Below, piece by piece: positions 48,055 to 58,621 of a stretch of DNA of 64,000 nt (positions are counted from its first letter, which is position 1; each line of letters starts with the position of its first letter). A program made the translations under genes and the position numbers. The stretch covers positions 4,736,001 to 4,800,000 of the forward strand of contig OY781964.1 of assembly GCA_963677485.1 (NCBI GenBank). Reading direction: 5' to 3'. Under the pieces are notes generated by a model that saw only the letters and a list, made by a program, of their open reading frames with translations, ran no database searches and was not told where the DNA came from. This DNA is from Armatimonadota bacterium (GTDB lineage Bacteria > Armatimonadota > HRBIN16).

Positions 48055-49101
48055 TTACTTTTTCGACTTTGCGCGAGCCGGGTTGATGATGACTCCATCA
48101 AACACAGCTGCGTTACTGGAAACTTTGCTTCCGCGCCCTACCACGCATCGAACCAGCATTGTATCGGCTTCTACCACAGCATTATTCCATAGGATACTGT
48201 GATCCACAGTGGCATTGGCACGCACTTCGCAGTTCGAGCCTAGAACGCTGTTTTCCAACACTTTCGCTCCAGGTCCGATAATGCAGTTATCGCCAATAGT
48301 CACAGGATAACCGATCTCTGCGGTCGGGTCAATCTGAACATTGTCACCGATCCACATGTATTTTTTTACTTGCGGATACGGCATATCCAATTGTACCCGT
48401 CCAGCCATGCCGTCTACGTGGCATTGCTGATATGTCTTAAGGTTCCCCACATCCTTCCAATAGGCACTAGTTAGCAAGCCATAAAATGGCTTTTTTTGTT
48501 CGATCAGCAAGGGCATCAGATTCTGGCCAAAGCCGTAGGTTGTGCCCTTCGGTATCAGATCGAAAATCTCAGGTTCAAAAACATAAACGCCGGTGTTAGC
48601 GGCATTGCTGAATATGACTTCGCCCTTAGGCTTTTCCATAAATCGAGTAATGCGTCCGCGTTCGTTCATGAGGGCGATGCCATATTCACTGGCATCATCA
48701 ACAAGGCTTAGGGCGATTGAAGCAATCGCCTTCTTGTCCTTGTGAAATCTCACCAATCTACCCAGATCGAGGTCGGTGATGTCATCACCACCGATCACAA
48801 TAAAGGTATCGTCGAAGAACTCTTCACTGCGTTTGACACTGCCTGCGTCGCCCCACAGTCGTTCTTCGTACTTAAAATACAGATTGACACCAAGATCCTT
48901 GCGGTTTTTGAAATGAGCATCAATCTGCTCACCGAGATAGTGCAGGTTCACCACTATTTCGTCAAACCCGTGCCGCTTTAGCAAGCGCACGATGTGCTCA
49001 ATCACAGGCCGATTGATGACAGGTACCATCGGTTTCGGCAGGCTTCTTGTCAATGGATCAAGCCTGGATCCAACACCGGCCGCAAGAATCATTGCTTTCA
49101 T
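48055..49101 (-). CDS. NDP-sugar synthase (mannose-1-phosphate guanylyltransferase family) with hexapeptide repeats
   Basis: ILAAGVGSRL.PLT...PKPMVP, EKP, NTGVY, YWKDVG, LbH tail. Confidence 0.9.
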   Translation of the reverse strand: MKAMILAAGVGSRLDPLTRSLPKPMVPVINRPVIEHIVRLLKRHGFDEIVVNLHYLGEQIDAHFKNRKDLGVNLYFKYEERLWGDAGSVKRSEEFFDDTFIVIGGDDITDLDLGRLVRFHKDKKAIASIALSLVDDASEYGIALMNERGRITRFMEKPKGEVIFSNAANTGVYVFEPEIFDLIPKGTTYGFGQNLMPLLIEQKKPFYGLLTSAYWKDVGNLKTYQQCHVDGMAGRVQLDMPYPQVKKYMWIGDNVQIDPTAEIGYPVTIGDNCIIGPGAKVLENSVLGSNCEVRANATVDHSILWNNAVVEADTMLVRCVVGRGSKVSSNAAVFDGVIINPARAKSKK

Positions 49102-49112
49102 AGGTATTCTCC

Positions 49113-50225
49113 TCAGACGAAACTTTGAATGAGAGATGCTACAGTCTGGATATTATCATCTGTAAGCTGCGGATGCACCGGAAGCGAAAGCACCTCGTTC
49201 GCTGTCTTTTCAGACATAGGGAAGCTTCCCTCCCCAAGACCCATGCTGGCGTAAGCCTTTTGAAGGTGCAGTGGATGAGGATAGTAGACTGCACTATCGA
49301 CACCATTTTTCTGCAGATAGCTTTTGAGCTCATCACGCCGTGGTGTTGTGATGGTGTACTGATGGTATGTATGGTAGTTTCCGTCCACAACAACCGGAAC
49401 CGCTACATCTGTCGAGGCCAGCATATCATTATAAATCGATGCATGACGCCGTCTATCCTCGGTCCACCCAACCATCATGGGCAGCTTAACGCACAACACA
49501 GCCGCTTGTATCTCGTCGAGTCGACTGCAATATCCGGGTATGTCGTAATAGTATGTACTGCTGCCGGTGCCGTGTACTCGTAAACGGCTTGCGACATCGC
49601 CAATGGCATCACTATTAGTGACGATCATGCCGCCATCACCAAAGGCACCCAGGTTTTTAGTTGGGAAGAAGCTTAGTGTGGCTGCATCACAGTTCAAGGC
49701 TAGACCCTTATGGTTTTGACTGCACATGATGGCTTGAGCACTATCCACAATATGCAGCAGCCCGTATGAGTTGGCTAACTTCTGAAAGCCAGCCCTGTCA
49801 GTCATCTGCCCGTACAGGTCTACAGGTAGTATCGCCTTAGTTTTGGCCGTGATGAGTGGCTCAACAGTTGCAGGTTCGATGAGGAATGTGCGTGGGTTGA
49901 CGTCAGCAAATACAGGAACCGCTCCAAGCCTCACGATCGACTCGGCTGTGGCGACAAATGTGAAGGGTGATGTTATCACCTCATCTCCGGTGCTTACACC
50001 CGCTGCTGCGAGAGCGATTTCGATAGCATCAGTGCCGCTAGCACACGATACACCATATTTGGCATCGCATATTTTTGCGATGTCTGTCTCAAGTCCGGTC
50101 ACGTTCTTTCCCATCACGAACCAACCGCTGTTCATGATGCTGGCTAACACTGGGTCTAGTTGCTCTTTGATCTCTCGATACTGAGCTCCCAAATCAGCCA
50201 TGCCGATGCGCTTATCTATAGTCAT
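49113..50225 (-). CDS. DegT/DnrJ/EryC1/StrS PLP-dependent sugar aminotransferase
   Basis: SGTDA, FTFVAT, VDLYGQ, DSAQA, SFFPTKNLGAFGDGG, SRLDEIQAA. Confidence 0.93.
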   Translation of the reverse strand: MTIDKRIGMADLGAQYREIKEQLDPVLASIMNSGWFVMGKNVTGLETDIAKICDAKYGVSCASGTDAIEIALAAAGVSTGDEVITSPFTFVATAESIVRLGAVPVFADVNPRTFLIEPATVEPLITAKTKAILPVDLYGQMTDRAGFQKLANSYGLLHIVDSAQAIMCSQNHKGLALNCDAATLSFFPTKNLGAFGDGGMIVTNSDAIGDVASRLRVHGTGSSTYYYDIPGYCSRLDEIQAAVLCVKLPMMVGWTEDRRRHASIYNDMLASTDVAVPVVVDGNYHTYHQYTITTPRRDELKSYLQKNGVDSAVYYPHPLHLQKAYASMGLGEGSFPMSEKTANEVLSLPVHPQLTDDNIQTVASLIQSFV

Positions 50226-50250
50226 CCGATGTTGTTATCCTTGGTAAGAT

Positions 50251-51303
50251 TTATGCATGAGTTCCATTGGCTAGAACACCGTTCAGCTGTGTACCTTGGG
50301 TGATATTACTTCCTGCACCCAGCACCACACCATCAAGTCTAGCAGATGGTCCAATAATGCACTCACTGTCAATTATACAATTGTTCACTACAGAATCGGC
50401 AGCTATATGAACATTTGGCATCAGAACCGTATTATTCAACTCCACGCCAGCTTCTACACGGCATCCTTCGGCTACCACAACATATCCATGCAACACTGCT
50501 TTGGGATCGATATATGCTGTCGGCATGATGGCGGTTGGGTTTTGGTATGGCAGCTTCCCTGTCAGCAAAGCTTCAGTCACATCCATCAACTGTGATGGCC
50601 GCCCCACATCGGTCCAGTAACCATCCATAGGCATTGCATAGAGACGTTCTTCATGGTCCATCAGTGTTGGAAAAGTCTCGCGTTCAAATGAAACCGGTCG
50701 GTCGTCAGGTATCAACTCCAACAGTCTTGGAGAAATGACATAAAAACCTGCATTGATATAGTCGTCACCTTCATGGAAGTCAGCGTCAGGATTCAAAGAT
50801 GCCAGCGTCTTCTTCTCCGCTTCAGATGGTTCCGTCCAGCTTTGTATGCTCATGTCACTGTCGATTACGATCTTGCCGAACGGATTAGGACGTGGGATGG
50901 GCGTCAACGCGATCGTGCAGGTGGATGACTTTGCCAAGTGAAAAGCGATGATCTGCTGCAGGTCAAACCCGCAGACTATATCGCCGTTAAAGACCACAAA
51001 ATCCTCTTGATACCAAAGCTGACTGGCTGCATTGCGGATAGCACCACCTGTACCCAGAGGGCTCTCCTCGATGGCATAGCGCATCTCAACGCCGAAGCGA
51101 GAGCCATCACCAAAGTGTTCCTCTATCTTTTCCGCCAGGTAGTTCGTGGCAAACACGATGCGGTCAACGCCGTGCAATCTAAGCTGCTCTACCTGGTATT
51201 CAAGCAGAGGCTTATTGACCACCGGAATCAGTGGCTTCGGACGTATATAGGTCAGAGGACGGAACCTGGTCCCCTTCCCCCCTGCGATGATAATTCCTTG
51301 CAT
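50251..51303 (-). CDS. NDP-sugar synthase (mannose-1-phosphate guanylyltransferase family)
   Basis: IIAGGKGTRFRPLT..RPKPL, PLGTGGAI, FNGD, INAGFY, SFERETFP, YWTDVG. Confidence 0.9.
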   Translation of the reverse strand: MQGIIIAGGKGTRFRPLTYIRPKPLIPVVNKPLLEYQVEQLRLHGVDRIVFATNYLAEKIEEHFGDGSRFGVEMRYAIEESPLGTGGAIRNAASQLWYQEDFVVFNGDIVCGFDLQQIIAFHLAKSSTCTIALTPIPRPNPFGKIVIDSDMSIQSWTEPSEAEKKTLASLNPDADFHEGDDYINAGFYVISPRLLELIPDDRPVSFERETFPTLMDHEERLYAMPMDGYWTDVGRPSQLMDVTEALLTGKLPYQNPTAIMPTAYIDPKAVLHGYVVVAEGCRVEAGVELNNTVLMPNVHIAADSVVNNCIIDSECIIGPSARLDGVVLGAGSNITQGTQLNGVLANGTHA

Positions 51304-51324
51304 ATGACGCCTCCTTTGACTAGA

Positions 51325-52221
51325 CTAGCTGTCGGTGCCCAGAAGTTCGCGGACATAGTCCTTGTTATCGAAGTCCTTTAAGTCCGCCGCTGTTTCGCCT
51401 AAGCCTATCAGTTTGATCGGTAGACCGAGCTCCTGAGTAACCGAAAGAACAGCTCCACCTCTGGCGGTTCCGTCCAGCTTTGTAAGTACAATACCCGTTA
51501 TCGGCACAGATTTGGCGAATTCCTCGGCTTGACGGATCGCATTCTGTCCGGTGGTGGCATCAATGACCAACAGGATTTCGTCTGGAGTGCGGCCAAGGGC
51601 CTTTTCCGCCACTCTGATGATTTTGGTCAGCTCACTCATCAGATTGGACCGATTATGAAGCCTACCGGCGGTATCCGCCAGCACTACATCGTAACCCTTC
51701 GCTCTGGCCGAAGTGATCGCGTCGAAGATCACTGACGATGGATCACCTCCTGGCTGACTTGTCACGATGGCTGCTCCTGTGCGCTGCGCCCAAACCTCAA
51801 GCTGCTCAATTGCCGCGGCCCGGAATGTGTCTGCCGCTGCCAGCATCACTTTGTGGCCCTCGTTGGCGAAGCGTTGGGCTAGTTTGGCGATGGTGGTTGT
51901 TTTCCCTACCCCATTCACGCCAACAAATATGAAGAGAGTGGGGTTGTGTGTGATACGGCTAAGAGGCTGTACATCGAACCTCTCGAGGCGTGCAGTCAAT
52001 ATCCGTTCCAGGCCCAGCTTGACCTCGGAGGCATCTTTCATGCGCTCATTTTTAACTGTCTCACGCAGCTCGGACAGCAGCTCATGTGTGAGATTTACAT
52101 TCACATCGGCACCTAATAACGCCTCTTCAAAATCGTCAAATAGCTCCTCATCGATCTTCCCTCGTCCAGTGATGAGTGTATCGATCTTGTGAAAAAGGTC
52201 CTTGAATATACCAAAACGCAT
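51325..52221 (-). CDS. ftsY: SRP receptor GTPase
   Basis: GVNGVGKTT, DTFRAAA, DTAGR, TKLDG. Confidence 0.97.
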   Translation of the reverse strand: MRFGIFKDLFHKIDTLITGRGKIDEELFDDFEEALLGADVNVNLTHELLSELRETVKNERMKDASEVKLGLERILTARLERFDVQPLSRITHNPTLFIFVGVNGVGKTTTIAKLAQRFANEGHKVMLAAADTFRAAAIEQLEVWAQRTGAAIVTSQPGGDPSSVIFDAITSARAKGYDVVLADTAGRLHNRSNLMSELTKIIRVAEKALGRTPDEILLVIDATTGQNAIRQAEEFAKSVPITGIVLTKLDGTARGGAVLSVTQELGLPIKLIGLGETAADLKDFDNKDYVRELLGTDS

Positions 52222-52232
52222 GTTGCGATCCT

Positions 52233-54467
52233 CTATTTTATAATCTTAAGGTTGGCCAGTGAGGCTAGCAGCTTTTTAATGCCTTGCTGAGGGAATACCA
52301 CCGTGACGATGGCATCATCTCGAGAAGGCTCCACCTTCATCACCACACCATCGCCAAAGCTGGGGTGTTTGACCCGTTGGCCCACCCGGATACCTGGCGT
52401 TTTGGGTGCCGGTTGATGGAGGGGCTTGGCAGGTCGCGATGTCATCACATCGGCTGCTCTTGTTAATACTGGCTCAGGAGTGAATTCTGGCTGCTGGTCA
52501 AATGCTGAAGGTTTGACACCAGAGGCCAGGTGAGCAGGTGTCATCATCATCACGAGCTCTTCCGGTATCTCACGCAGAAACCTTGAAGGAATCATCGGTC
52601 TGCTTTCACCGTAGATGCTTCGCAGGGTCGTAAATAGCAGATAGGCCTCTTCTTTAGCACGGGTAAGTGCCACGTAGAACAACCTGCGCTCTTCATCCAT
52701 GTCCGCTTTCGAGCTGTCACCGCGTAACAGCGGGAAAATGCTCTCCTCCATACCGGCTACGAAAACTACAGGGAACTCCAGCCCCTTCGCGGCATGGACG
52801 GTCATCAGCGACACATGATTGCCATTGGTGTCCGCCGAGTCAATATCACTGACCAGTGCGACCTGCTCTAAAAATGCAGGTAGACCGCCACTGCCTTCTT
52901 CAGAAACATCAAATTGGTTAGTGACTGAATATAGTTCGCCTACATTGTCGCGTCTGGCCAGGGTTTCCGCGTCGGTTCCACGCCCCAAGTATTCTAGATA
53001 TCCGGTGGCTTCCACCAATGTTTTGACAAGCTCCGAAACACCCACGCGCGTGGCCATCTCCTGCAACTCTGCGATCAACTGAAGGAACTGACCTAGACCA
53101 ACAGCCGCTTTGCCCTTGAGCAATCTGTTCTCATGTGCCATTTGGAGGGCCTCAAAAAGGGGTCGTCGTATCGACTTGCTCTGCACAAACAGCGCATCTA
53201 TGCTGGTCTGACCAATACCGCGGGTCGGTAAGTTGACCACCCGGCGCACGCTCTCTGTATCGCTGGGGTTCACCACCACACGCAGATAGGCCAGTAAGTC
53301 TTTGACTTCCTTACGCTGGTAGAACCTTAAGCCGCCGATCACCTGGTAGCGCAACTGATGAACCATGAAGGCTTCTTCCAGGGCCCGTGACTGCGCGTTT
53401 GTGCGGTATAACACGGCGTAGTCACGCAGTTCGCGTCGACCCTTTTGCCACTCCAGGCTGATCCGTTGGGCGATGCTTCTGGCCTCTTCGCGTTCAGAGG
53501 TCAACTGGCATATGCCGACGAGCTCGCCTTCGTCCTTCTGAGCAAAAAGCCTTTTGCTGGCTCGCTTTTCATTTTTACTGACCACATGAAAAGCCGCATC
53601 TAAAATCCGTTGGGTCGAACGATAATTCTTCTCAAGGTTTACAACCTTTGAGTTCGTAAAGTCCTTCTCAAATGAGAGTATGATATCGACATCGGCACCC
53701 CGCCAACTGTAGATCGCCTGATCGTCATCCCCCACCGCACAGAGGTTTCCGTGCTTCGCCGCGATGGTCTTTACGATGTTATACTGCACCTTATTGACGT
53801 CTTGGAACTCATCCACCAGCACATGGCGGAACCGCTGCTGCAGAATATTGGTAGCCATGCCGTTCTTTTGAAGCAGCTTCAGAGCATACACAAGCAGGTC
53901 ATCAAAGTCCAGAGCACGGCACTGCACTAACTCCCGCTGGTAGTGGTCATAAACGCTGCCCACGGTCTGTGTCCAGGGATCACTGCGAACGATGTCAGCC
54001 GGCATCTGCATCTGCTCTTTGGCTTTGCTGATGGCACCTAGAATGCCCCGTGGGGCGAACTTCTTCGGGTCAATATTCAGGTCTTTCATGATGCGGTTCA
54101 CAAGGGCTGTCTGGTCACCATCGTCATAGATCACAAAGTTGGGTTCGATGTTGATCTCCGAACCGTACATCCGCAGCAGACGCGCGCAGATGCTGTGAAA
54201 GGTGCCCACCCACATATTTTTAGCGATTCCGGCACCAAGAAGATGGTCGATACGCTCTTTCATCTCCCGTGCGGCTTTGTTTGTAAATGTGACGGCGAGG
54301 ATTTCATATGGTGAGATACCAGAAGAAGAAATCAGGTTGGCCACCCGCATGGTCAAGACGCGGGTCTTCCCGCTTCCGGCTCCGGCAAAAACGAGCAACG
54401 GACCGTTTACGTGCAACACCGCTTCACGTTGCTCGCTGTTCAAACTCGAAATATCTAATTCATTCAT
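52233..54467 (-). CDS. pcrA: ATP-dependent DNA helicase PcrA/UvrD
   Basis: AGAGSGKT, TFTNKAA, VDEFQD, GDDDQAIY, NYRS, HAAKGLEF, EERRLFYVA, C-terminal Tudor-like HPSFGDG. Confidence 0.95.
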   Translation of the reverse strand: MNELDISSLNSEQREAVLHVNGPLLVFAGAGSGKTRVLTMRVANLISSSGISPYEILAVTFTNKAAREMKERIDHLLGAGIAKNMWVGTFHSICARLLRMYGSEINIEPNFVIYDDGDQTALVNRIMKDLNIDPKKFAPRGILGAISKAKEQMQMPADIVRSDPWTQTVGSVYDHYQRELVQCRALDFDDLLVYALKLLQKNGMATNILQQRFRHVLVDEFQDVNKVQYNIVKTIAAKHGNLCAVGDDDQAIYSWRGADVDIILSFEKDFTNSKVVNLEKNYRSTQRILDAAFHVVSKNEKRASKRLFAQKDEGELVGICQLTSEREEARSIAQRISLEWQKGRRELRDYAVLYRTNAQSRALEEAFMVHQLRYQVIGGLRFYQRKEVKDLLAYLRVVVNPSDTESVRRVVNLPTRGIGQTSIDALFVQSKSIRRPLFEALQMAHENRLLKGKAAVGLGQFLQLIAELQEMATRVGVSELVKTLVEATGYLEYLGRGTDAETLARRDNVGELYSVTNQFDVSEEGSGGLPAFLEQVALVSDIDSADTNGNHVSLMTVHAAKGLEFPVVFVAGMEESIFPLLRGDSSKADMDEERRLFYVALTRAKEEAYLLFTTLRSIYGESRPMIPSRFLREIPEELVMMMTPAHLASGVKPSAFDQQPEFTPEPVLTRAADVMTSRPAKPLHQPAPKTPGIRVGQRVKHPSFGDGVVMKVEPSRDDAIVTVVFPQQGIKKLLASLANLKIIK

Positions 54468-54474
54468 CGTATAT

Positions 54475-54993
54475 TCAGTGTACGGTACGGTCAGGTTCTC
54501 CACCAATCAACTTATCTAGCCAATCCAAACCCGCGTTCAAGTGTTGTTCCATACCGTTTGTAAGCCCCTCCCCCATTCCCATATCCTCTGCAGGCAAATG
54601 CAGTATGTATATATGGTCGAGGTTGCAGTTATCCTGTGATAGCAGAGCAAGCATGGTGAGTTGCCTGGGGGTAAGTCCGTGGCTATGATAGATCGTTTCG
54701 GCTTCGCATGGAAGCTTCACATCCTCAACACAGAAATTCTCCACAGCCACACTAGCGTCTATGTACACCACCTGACAGTAGTTGGTGATGGCCTCGCACA
54801 GCTCAGGGATTAGTTGATGACTGATCAAAAAACCCGTATCACCGACGTTGAGAACTGTGTGCTGATTTGGCTCCTCTTTCGTACCTAACCTGGCACATAT
54901 CCGGCGAACTAACTCCGGTCCGGCACCGTCGTCTCGACGTAAAGGGTTTCCATAGCCTATAATGATAGTAGTGGGTGTGTTTTGTCTAGTCAT
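54475..54993 (-). CDS. Hydrogenase maturation protease (HoxW/HycI-like)
   Basis: IGYGNPLRRDDGAG, HQL.PE, YIDA, SHGLTP. Confidence 0.87.
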   Translation of the reverse strand: MTRQNTPTTIIIGYGNPLRRDDGAGPELVRRICARLGTKEEPNQHTVLNVGDTGFLISHQLIPELCEAITNYCQVVYIDASVAVENFCVEDVKLPCEAETIYHSHGLTPRQLTMLALLSQDNCNLDHIYILHLPAEDMGMGEGLTNGMEQHLNAGLDWLDKLIGGEPDRTVH

Positions 54994-55031
54994 GGCGCAT
55001 CCCTATTATGCTACACGAACTGGAATATATC

Positions 55032-55376
55032 ATGCATGAAGTCAGCATTATGGAGAGCATCCTGGAGACAGTCCTGGCTCATCCTGAAGTGCAATCCGCT
55101 CAAAAAGTGACTGCGTTGAGTGTCAGCCTCGGATCATTGTCGTCGATCGTCGAAGAGTCGTTACGCTTTGCATTTGACAGCATGACGGTCGATACTAAGC
55201 TGGAAGGTGCTGTGCTTCATGTGGATCACGTGAAGACGGTGTGCAAATGCAGACAATGCGAAGCGACGTTCACTCCAGCGGATCAAGGATACATCTGCCC
55301 TCACTGCGATGCCCAGGATGTAGACATTGTGCATGGCCGGGAAATACAGATCACATCCGTAGAGGTTGATGAATAG
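55032..55376 (+). CDS. hypA: Hydrogenase nickel metallochaperone
   Basis: MHE start, CxxC...CPHC, GRE. Confidence 0.95.
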   Translation: MHEVSIMESILETVLAHPEVQSAQKVTALSVSLGSLSSIVEESLRFAFDSMTVDTKLEGAVLHVDHVKTVCKCRQCEATFTPADQGYICPHCDAQDVDIVHGREIQITSVEVDE

Positions 55377-56063
55377 ATGTCAGGAACAACCAAACGAACC
55401 ATACCTATCGGAGAACCAGCACTTAAACGCAATGATGCACTGGCCGACCAACTGCGCAAGCTTTTCGCCGACCAACGGATGTTGGTGGTCAACATGTTGT
55501 CATCACCTGGCTCCGGTAAGACGGAACTGCTTAAGAAAACAGCAATGCATATCGGTGATAGAGCCAGGCTGGCAGTGATTGTGGGCGACCTGGCGACTGA
55601 GAACGATGCGGTACGCATACGGACGGCAGGAATCACCGCTATACAGATCGTCACTGGCGATGTATGCCATTTGGATAGTGAAATGGTGACCAACGCGGTT
55701 GCTCAGCTAGATACCTCCAAAGTGGACATACTCTTCATTGAGAATGTAGGTAACCTGGTATGCCCCAGCAGCTTTGATCTGGGTGAGGATAAGCGTGTTG
55801 TGCTGCTGTCCTGCACCGAAGGTGAAGACAAACCGCTAAAATACCCATCGATGTTCGCTACCGCCGATTTAGTCATTGTGAACAAGACGGATGTCGCTGA
55901 TGTGATGGAATTCGACATACAGGCAGCCCGCCGATGTATCCAATCTTCAACTCCTCATGCCGCTATCTTGGAGACCAGCGCCAAGAAGGAGACAGGCATT
56001 AATGGATGGATCGATTGGTTGATGAGTGAACTCAACACCAAACGAAGCAATTCATGCAAGTAG
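55377..56063 (+). CDS. hypB: Hydrogenase nickel-incorporation GTPase
   Basis: SSPGSGKT, CHLD, ENVGNLVCP, EGEDKPLKYP, NKTD. Confidence 0.96.
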   Translation: MSGTTKRTIPIGEPALKRNDALADQLRKLFADQRMLVVNMLSSPGSGKTELLKKTAMHIGDRARLAVIVGDLATENDAVRIRTAGITAIQIVTGDVCHLDSEMVTNAVAQLDTSKVDILFIENVGNLVCPSSFDLGEDKRVVLLSCTEGEDKPLKYPSMFATADLVIVNKTDVADVMEFDIQAARRCIQSSTPHAAILETSAKKETGINGWIDWLMSELNTKRSNSCK

Positions 56064-58357
56064 TTCTTACCTATTTGGGTGTGGTTCAAGGGGTTGGGTT
56101 CCGCCCTTCTGTATATAGGCTGGCTACCGAGCTTGGTCTGTTAGGTCGTGTGTATAACGACCTGCACGGTGTGGTGGTCGAACTAGATGGTTCTGAAGAG
56201 TTGATCGATCAGTTCAAGCTGCAGCTTCCCATCCGACTACCGGATATCAGCCGCATTGATAAGCAAACCTGCAAGGAAATCTCGCCGGATCATTCATTTA
56301 GTGAGTTCAAGATCATGATTTCTGAAGTCGGTCTGTCAACAGCCAACCGCGTGGTCATACCCGCGGATCTCAGGGTTTGTCACGACTGTCTGCACGAGCT
56401 CAATGACCCGCATAACCGCAGGTATCAATATCCCTTCACCAACTGCACCAATTGCGGGCCGAGGTACAGCATCACTAAAGCATTACCATACGACCGATGC
56501 AACACCACCATGCATAGCTTCACTATGTGTGATGATTGCTCCAGGGAGTATCACGATCCATCAGACCGCAGATATCACGCCCAGCCAATCGCATGCCCTG
56601 CGTGTGGTCCCCATGTGGAACTCCATACACCAGATGGTGCGTTGCTGGCATCGGAAGGTCAGGCGATGGGCATGCTCAGCCAGTTCTTAGTTAGCGGATG
56701 CGTTGTGGCCTTGAAAGGACTCGGCGGATACCAACTGGTTTGTCGTGCTGATGACCGTGAAGCGGTGAACCGGCTTCGCATACGCAAACATCGTGAAGCC
56801 AAGCCGTTAGCCGTGATGGTAAGCAATACTGAAGAGGCACATCGTATCGCAATTATCAGTACCAGTGAAGAGGCATTACTACAATCACATATCGCACCGA
56901 TTGTGCTTCTCTCACCACAGCATGGCTGCGCACTGGCCCCGAATGTCTCCGCAGACAGCCCAAGTGTTGGCGTCATGCTGCCAACTACCCCCTTACATCA
57001 GGTGCTGATGCAGGCGGTGAAGTTCCCAATAGTATGCACCAGTGCCAACATCAGTGACGAACCGATCTGCATAGACGATGATGAAGCCTACCAAAGACTT
57101 GGCAAGATCGCAGACTATTTCCTGACCCATAACCGCCCGATCTTGCGTCACTTGGATGACAGTGTGGCTATGGTGGTGGACGATCGCGTGATTTGGCTGC
57201 GTTCGTCCAGAGGACTCGCTCCAGTCACAGTGGAGTCAGCCACATGGCAGCAATCTATGGTGGGTCTGGGCGGGCACATGAAAAACAGCCTGACTATCAT
57301 CACCCCGCCGCGGAGTACTACTACGCAGTATCTGGGTGATATGGACACCGTGAAGAGCCGTGATGCCCAACGCTTCGAACTTGACAGATTACACGAACTG
57401 TATCCACTGGATCATCAGCCGCTGGTAATTGGAGATATGCATCCAGACTACCATACACCCATTCAGCCCACACACCGTGTCCAACACCATCACGCACATA
57501 TCGCCTCTGTGGTTCTGGAAAATGGCCGTCCGCTTCCTGCGTTTGGCGTTTGCTGGGATGCGACTGGATATGGGCTTGATGGCACCATCTGGGGTGGTGA
57601 AGCACTGGAGATCACACCAAAGCAAACCATCCGTCGTGCTCATTTCCGGAGCTTTCCCCTGCTCGGAGGGGACCAGGCAGCCAAACAGACCTGGCGTCCC
57701 CTACTGGGTATGTTAAGTGAGATTCATCTGGACAACGGCGAACCACCCGAATACGGCAGGTTCGCCGGGATATCGGAACCGCAGGCAAAGATGCTCATAC
57801 AGGCCATCAGAAGCGGATCACCAGCCCGCTGCAGCTCGGTGGGGCGGATGTTTGATGCCATGGGCTGCCTGCTTCATGTCGATCAAGGTAACCGGTTCGA
57901 GGGTGACACTCCGATGCGGCTGCAGATGCTAGCCGAGCGACAGACCAGCACGGTTAAGCTGCCGGTGGAAGTCACAACGACTGAAACATCAATGGCCTGG
58001 ACCATCTATGGTGAACTGAGCCAAATCTCAGAGCCCGGTATCCAAATTGACTGGGAACCTATGCTGAAGACCGTGATGCAACTATCGTGCTCTGGAGTGC
58101 CTGACACCGTTCTGGCACGCTCTTTTCACAAATGGCTGGTGGATTGTTTACTTGAAATCACTTCCCATATTCAGCACAATGAAATAGTGATATGCGGTGG
58201 GTGTTTCCAAAACAGGCTGCTTACCGCAATGACAATCGAGGCACTCAGATCAGTTAATAAGTCTGCACTAATGCCCATCAATCACCCCATGAACGACGGC
58301 GGTTTGTCTCTAGGGCAATGCGCCGCGGTCACACTATCGAATTACGAGACGGAGTAG
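56054..58357 (+). CDS. hypF: Carbamoyltransferase
   Basis: GVVQGVGFRP acylphosphatase domain, two zinc fingers, KGLGG, QHHHAH, GYG.DGTIWGGE, NDGGLSLGQ. Confidence 0.96.
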   Translation: MQVVLTYLGVVQGVGFRPSVYRLATELGLLGRVYNDLHGVVVELDGSEELIDQFKLQLPIRLPDISRIDKQTCKEISPDHSFSEFKIMISEVGLSTANRVVIPADLRVCHDCLHELNDPHNRRYQYPFTNCTNCGPRYSITKALPYDRCNTTMHSFTMCDDCSREYHDPSDRRYHAQPIACPACGPHVELHTPDGALLASEGQAMGMLSQFLVSGCVVALKGLGGYQLVCRADDREAVNRLRIRKHREAKPLAVMVSNTEEAHRIAIISTSEEALLQSHIAPIVLLSPQHGCALAPNVSADSPSVGVMLPTTPLHQVLMQAVKFPIVCTSANISDEPICIDDDEAYQRLGKIADYFLTHNRPILRHLDDSVAMVVDDRVIWLRSSRGLAPVTVESATWQQSMVGLGGHMKNSLTIITPPRSTTTQYLGDMDTVKSRDAQRFELDRLHELYPLDHQPLVIGDMHPDYHTPIQPTHRVQHHHAHIASVVLENGRPLPAFGVCWDATGYGLDGTIWGGEALEITPKQTIRRAHFRSFPLLGGDQAAKQTWRPLLGMLSEIHLDNGEPPEYGRFAGISEPQAKMLIQAIRSGSPARCSSVGRMFDAMGCLLHVDQGNRFEGDTPMRLQMLAERQTSTVKLPVEVTTTETSMAWTIYGELSQISEPGIQIDWEPMLKTVMQLSCSGVPDTVLARSFHKWLVDCLLEITSHIQHNEIVICGGCFQNRLLTAMTIEALRSVNKSALMPINHPMNDGGLSLGQCAAVTLSNYETE

Positions 58358-58366
58358 ATCAGAAAA

Positions 58367-58621
58367 ATGTGTTTGGCCGTACCTGGCAAGTTAGAAAGTG
58401 TCAATGATCAATCCGATCTGCTAAGAATGGGTGTGGTTGATTTCAACGGAACCAAGCGTGAGGTCAGCCTTGCCTTTGTTCCCGATGCGGTGGTTGGTGA
58501 CTGGCTGCTGGTGCATGTTGGTGCCGCGATTGGGATAGTGGACGAAGAGGAAGCCCAGCAAACCTTGGCAGACTACCAAACCCTGCTTCAAGCGGAAGAG
58601 AGCTTCAATGGCCCTCAGTAA
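58367..58621 (+). CDS. hypC: Hydrogenase maturation chaperone
   Basis: MCLAVP, LVHVG. Confidence 0.96.
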   Translation: MCLAVPGKLESVNDQSDLLRMGVVDFNGTKREVSLAFVPDAVVGDWLLVHVGAAIGIVDEEEAQQTLADYQTLLQAEESFNGPQ

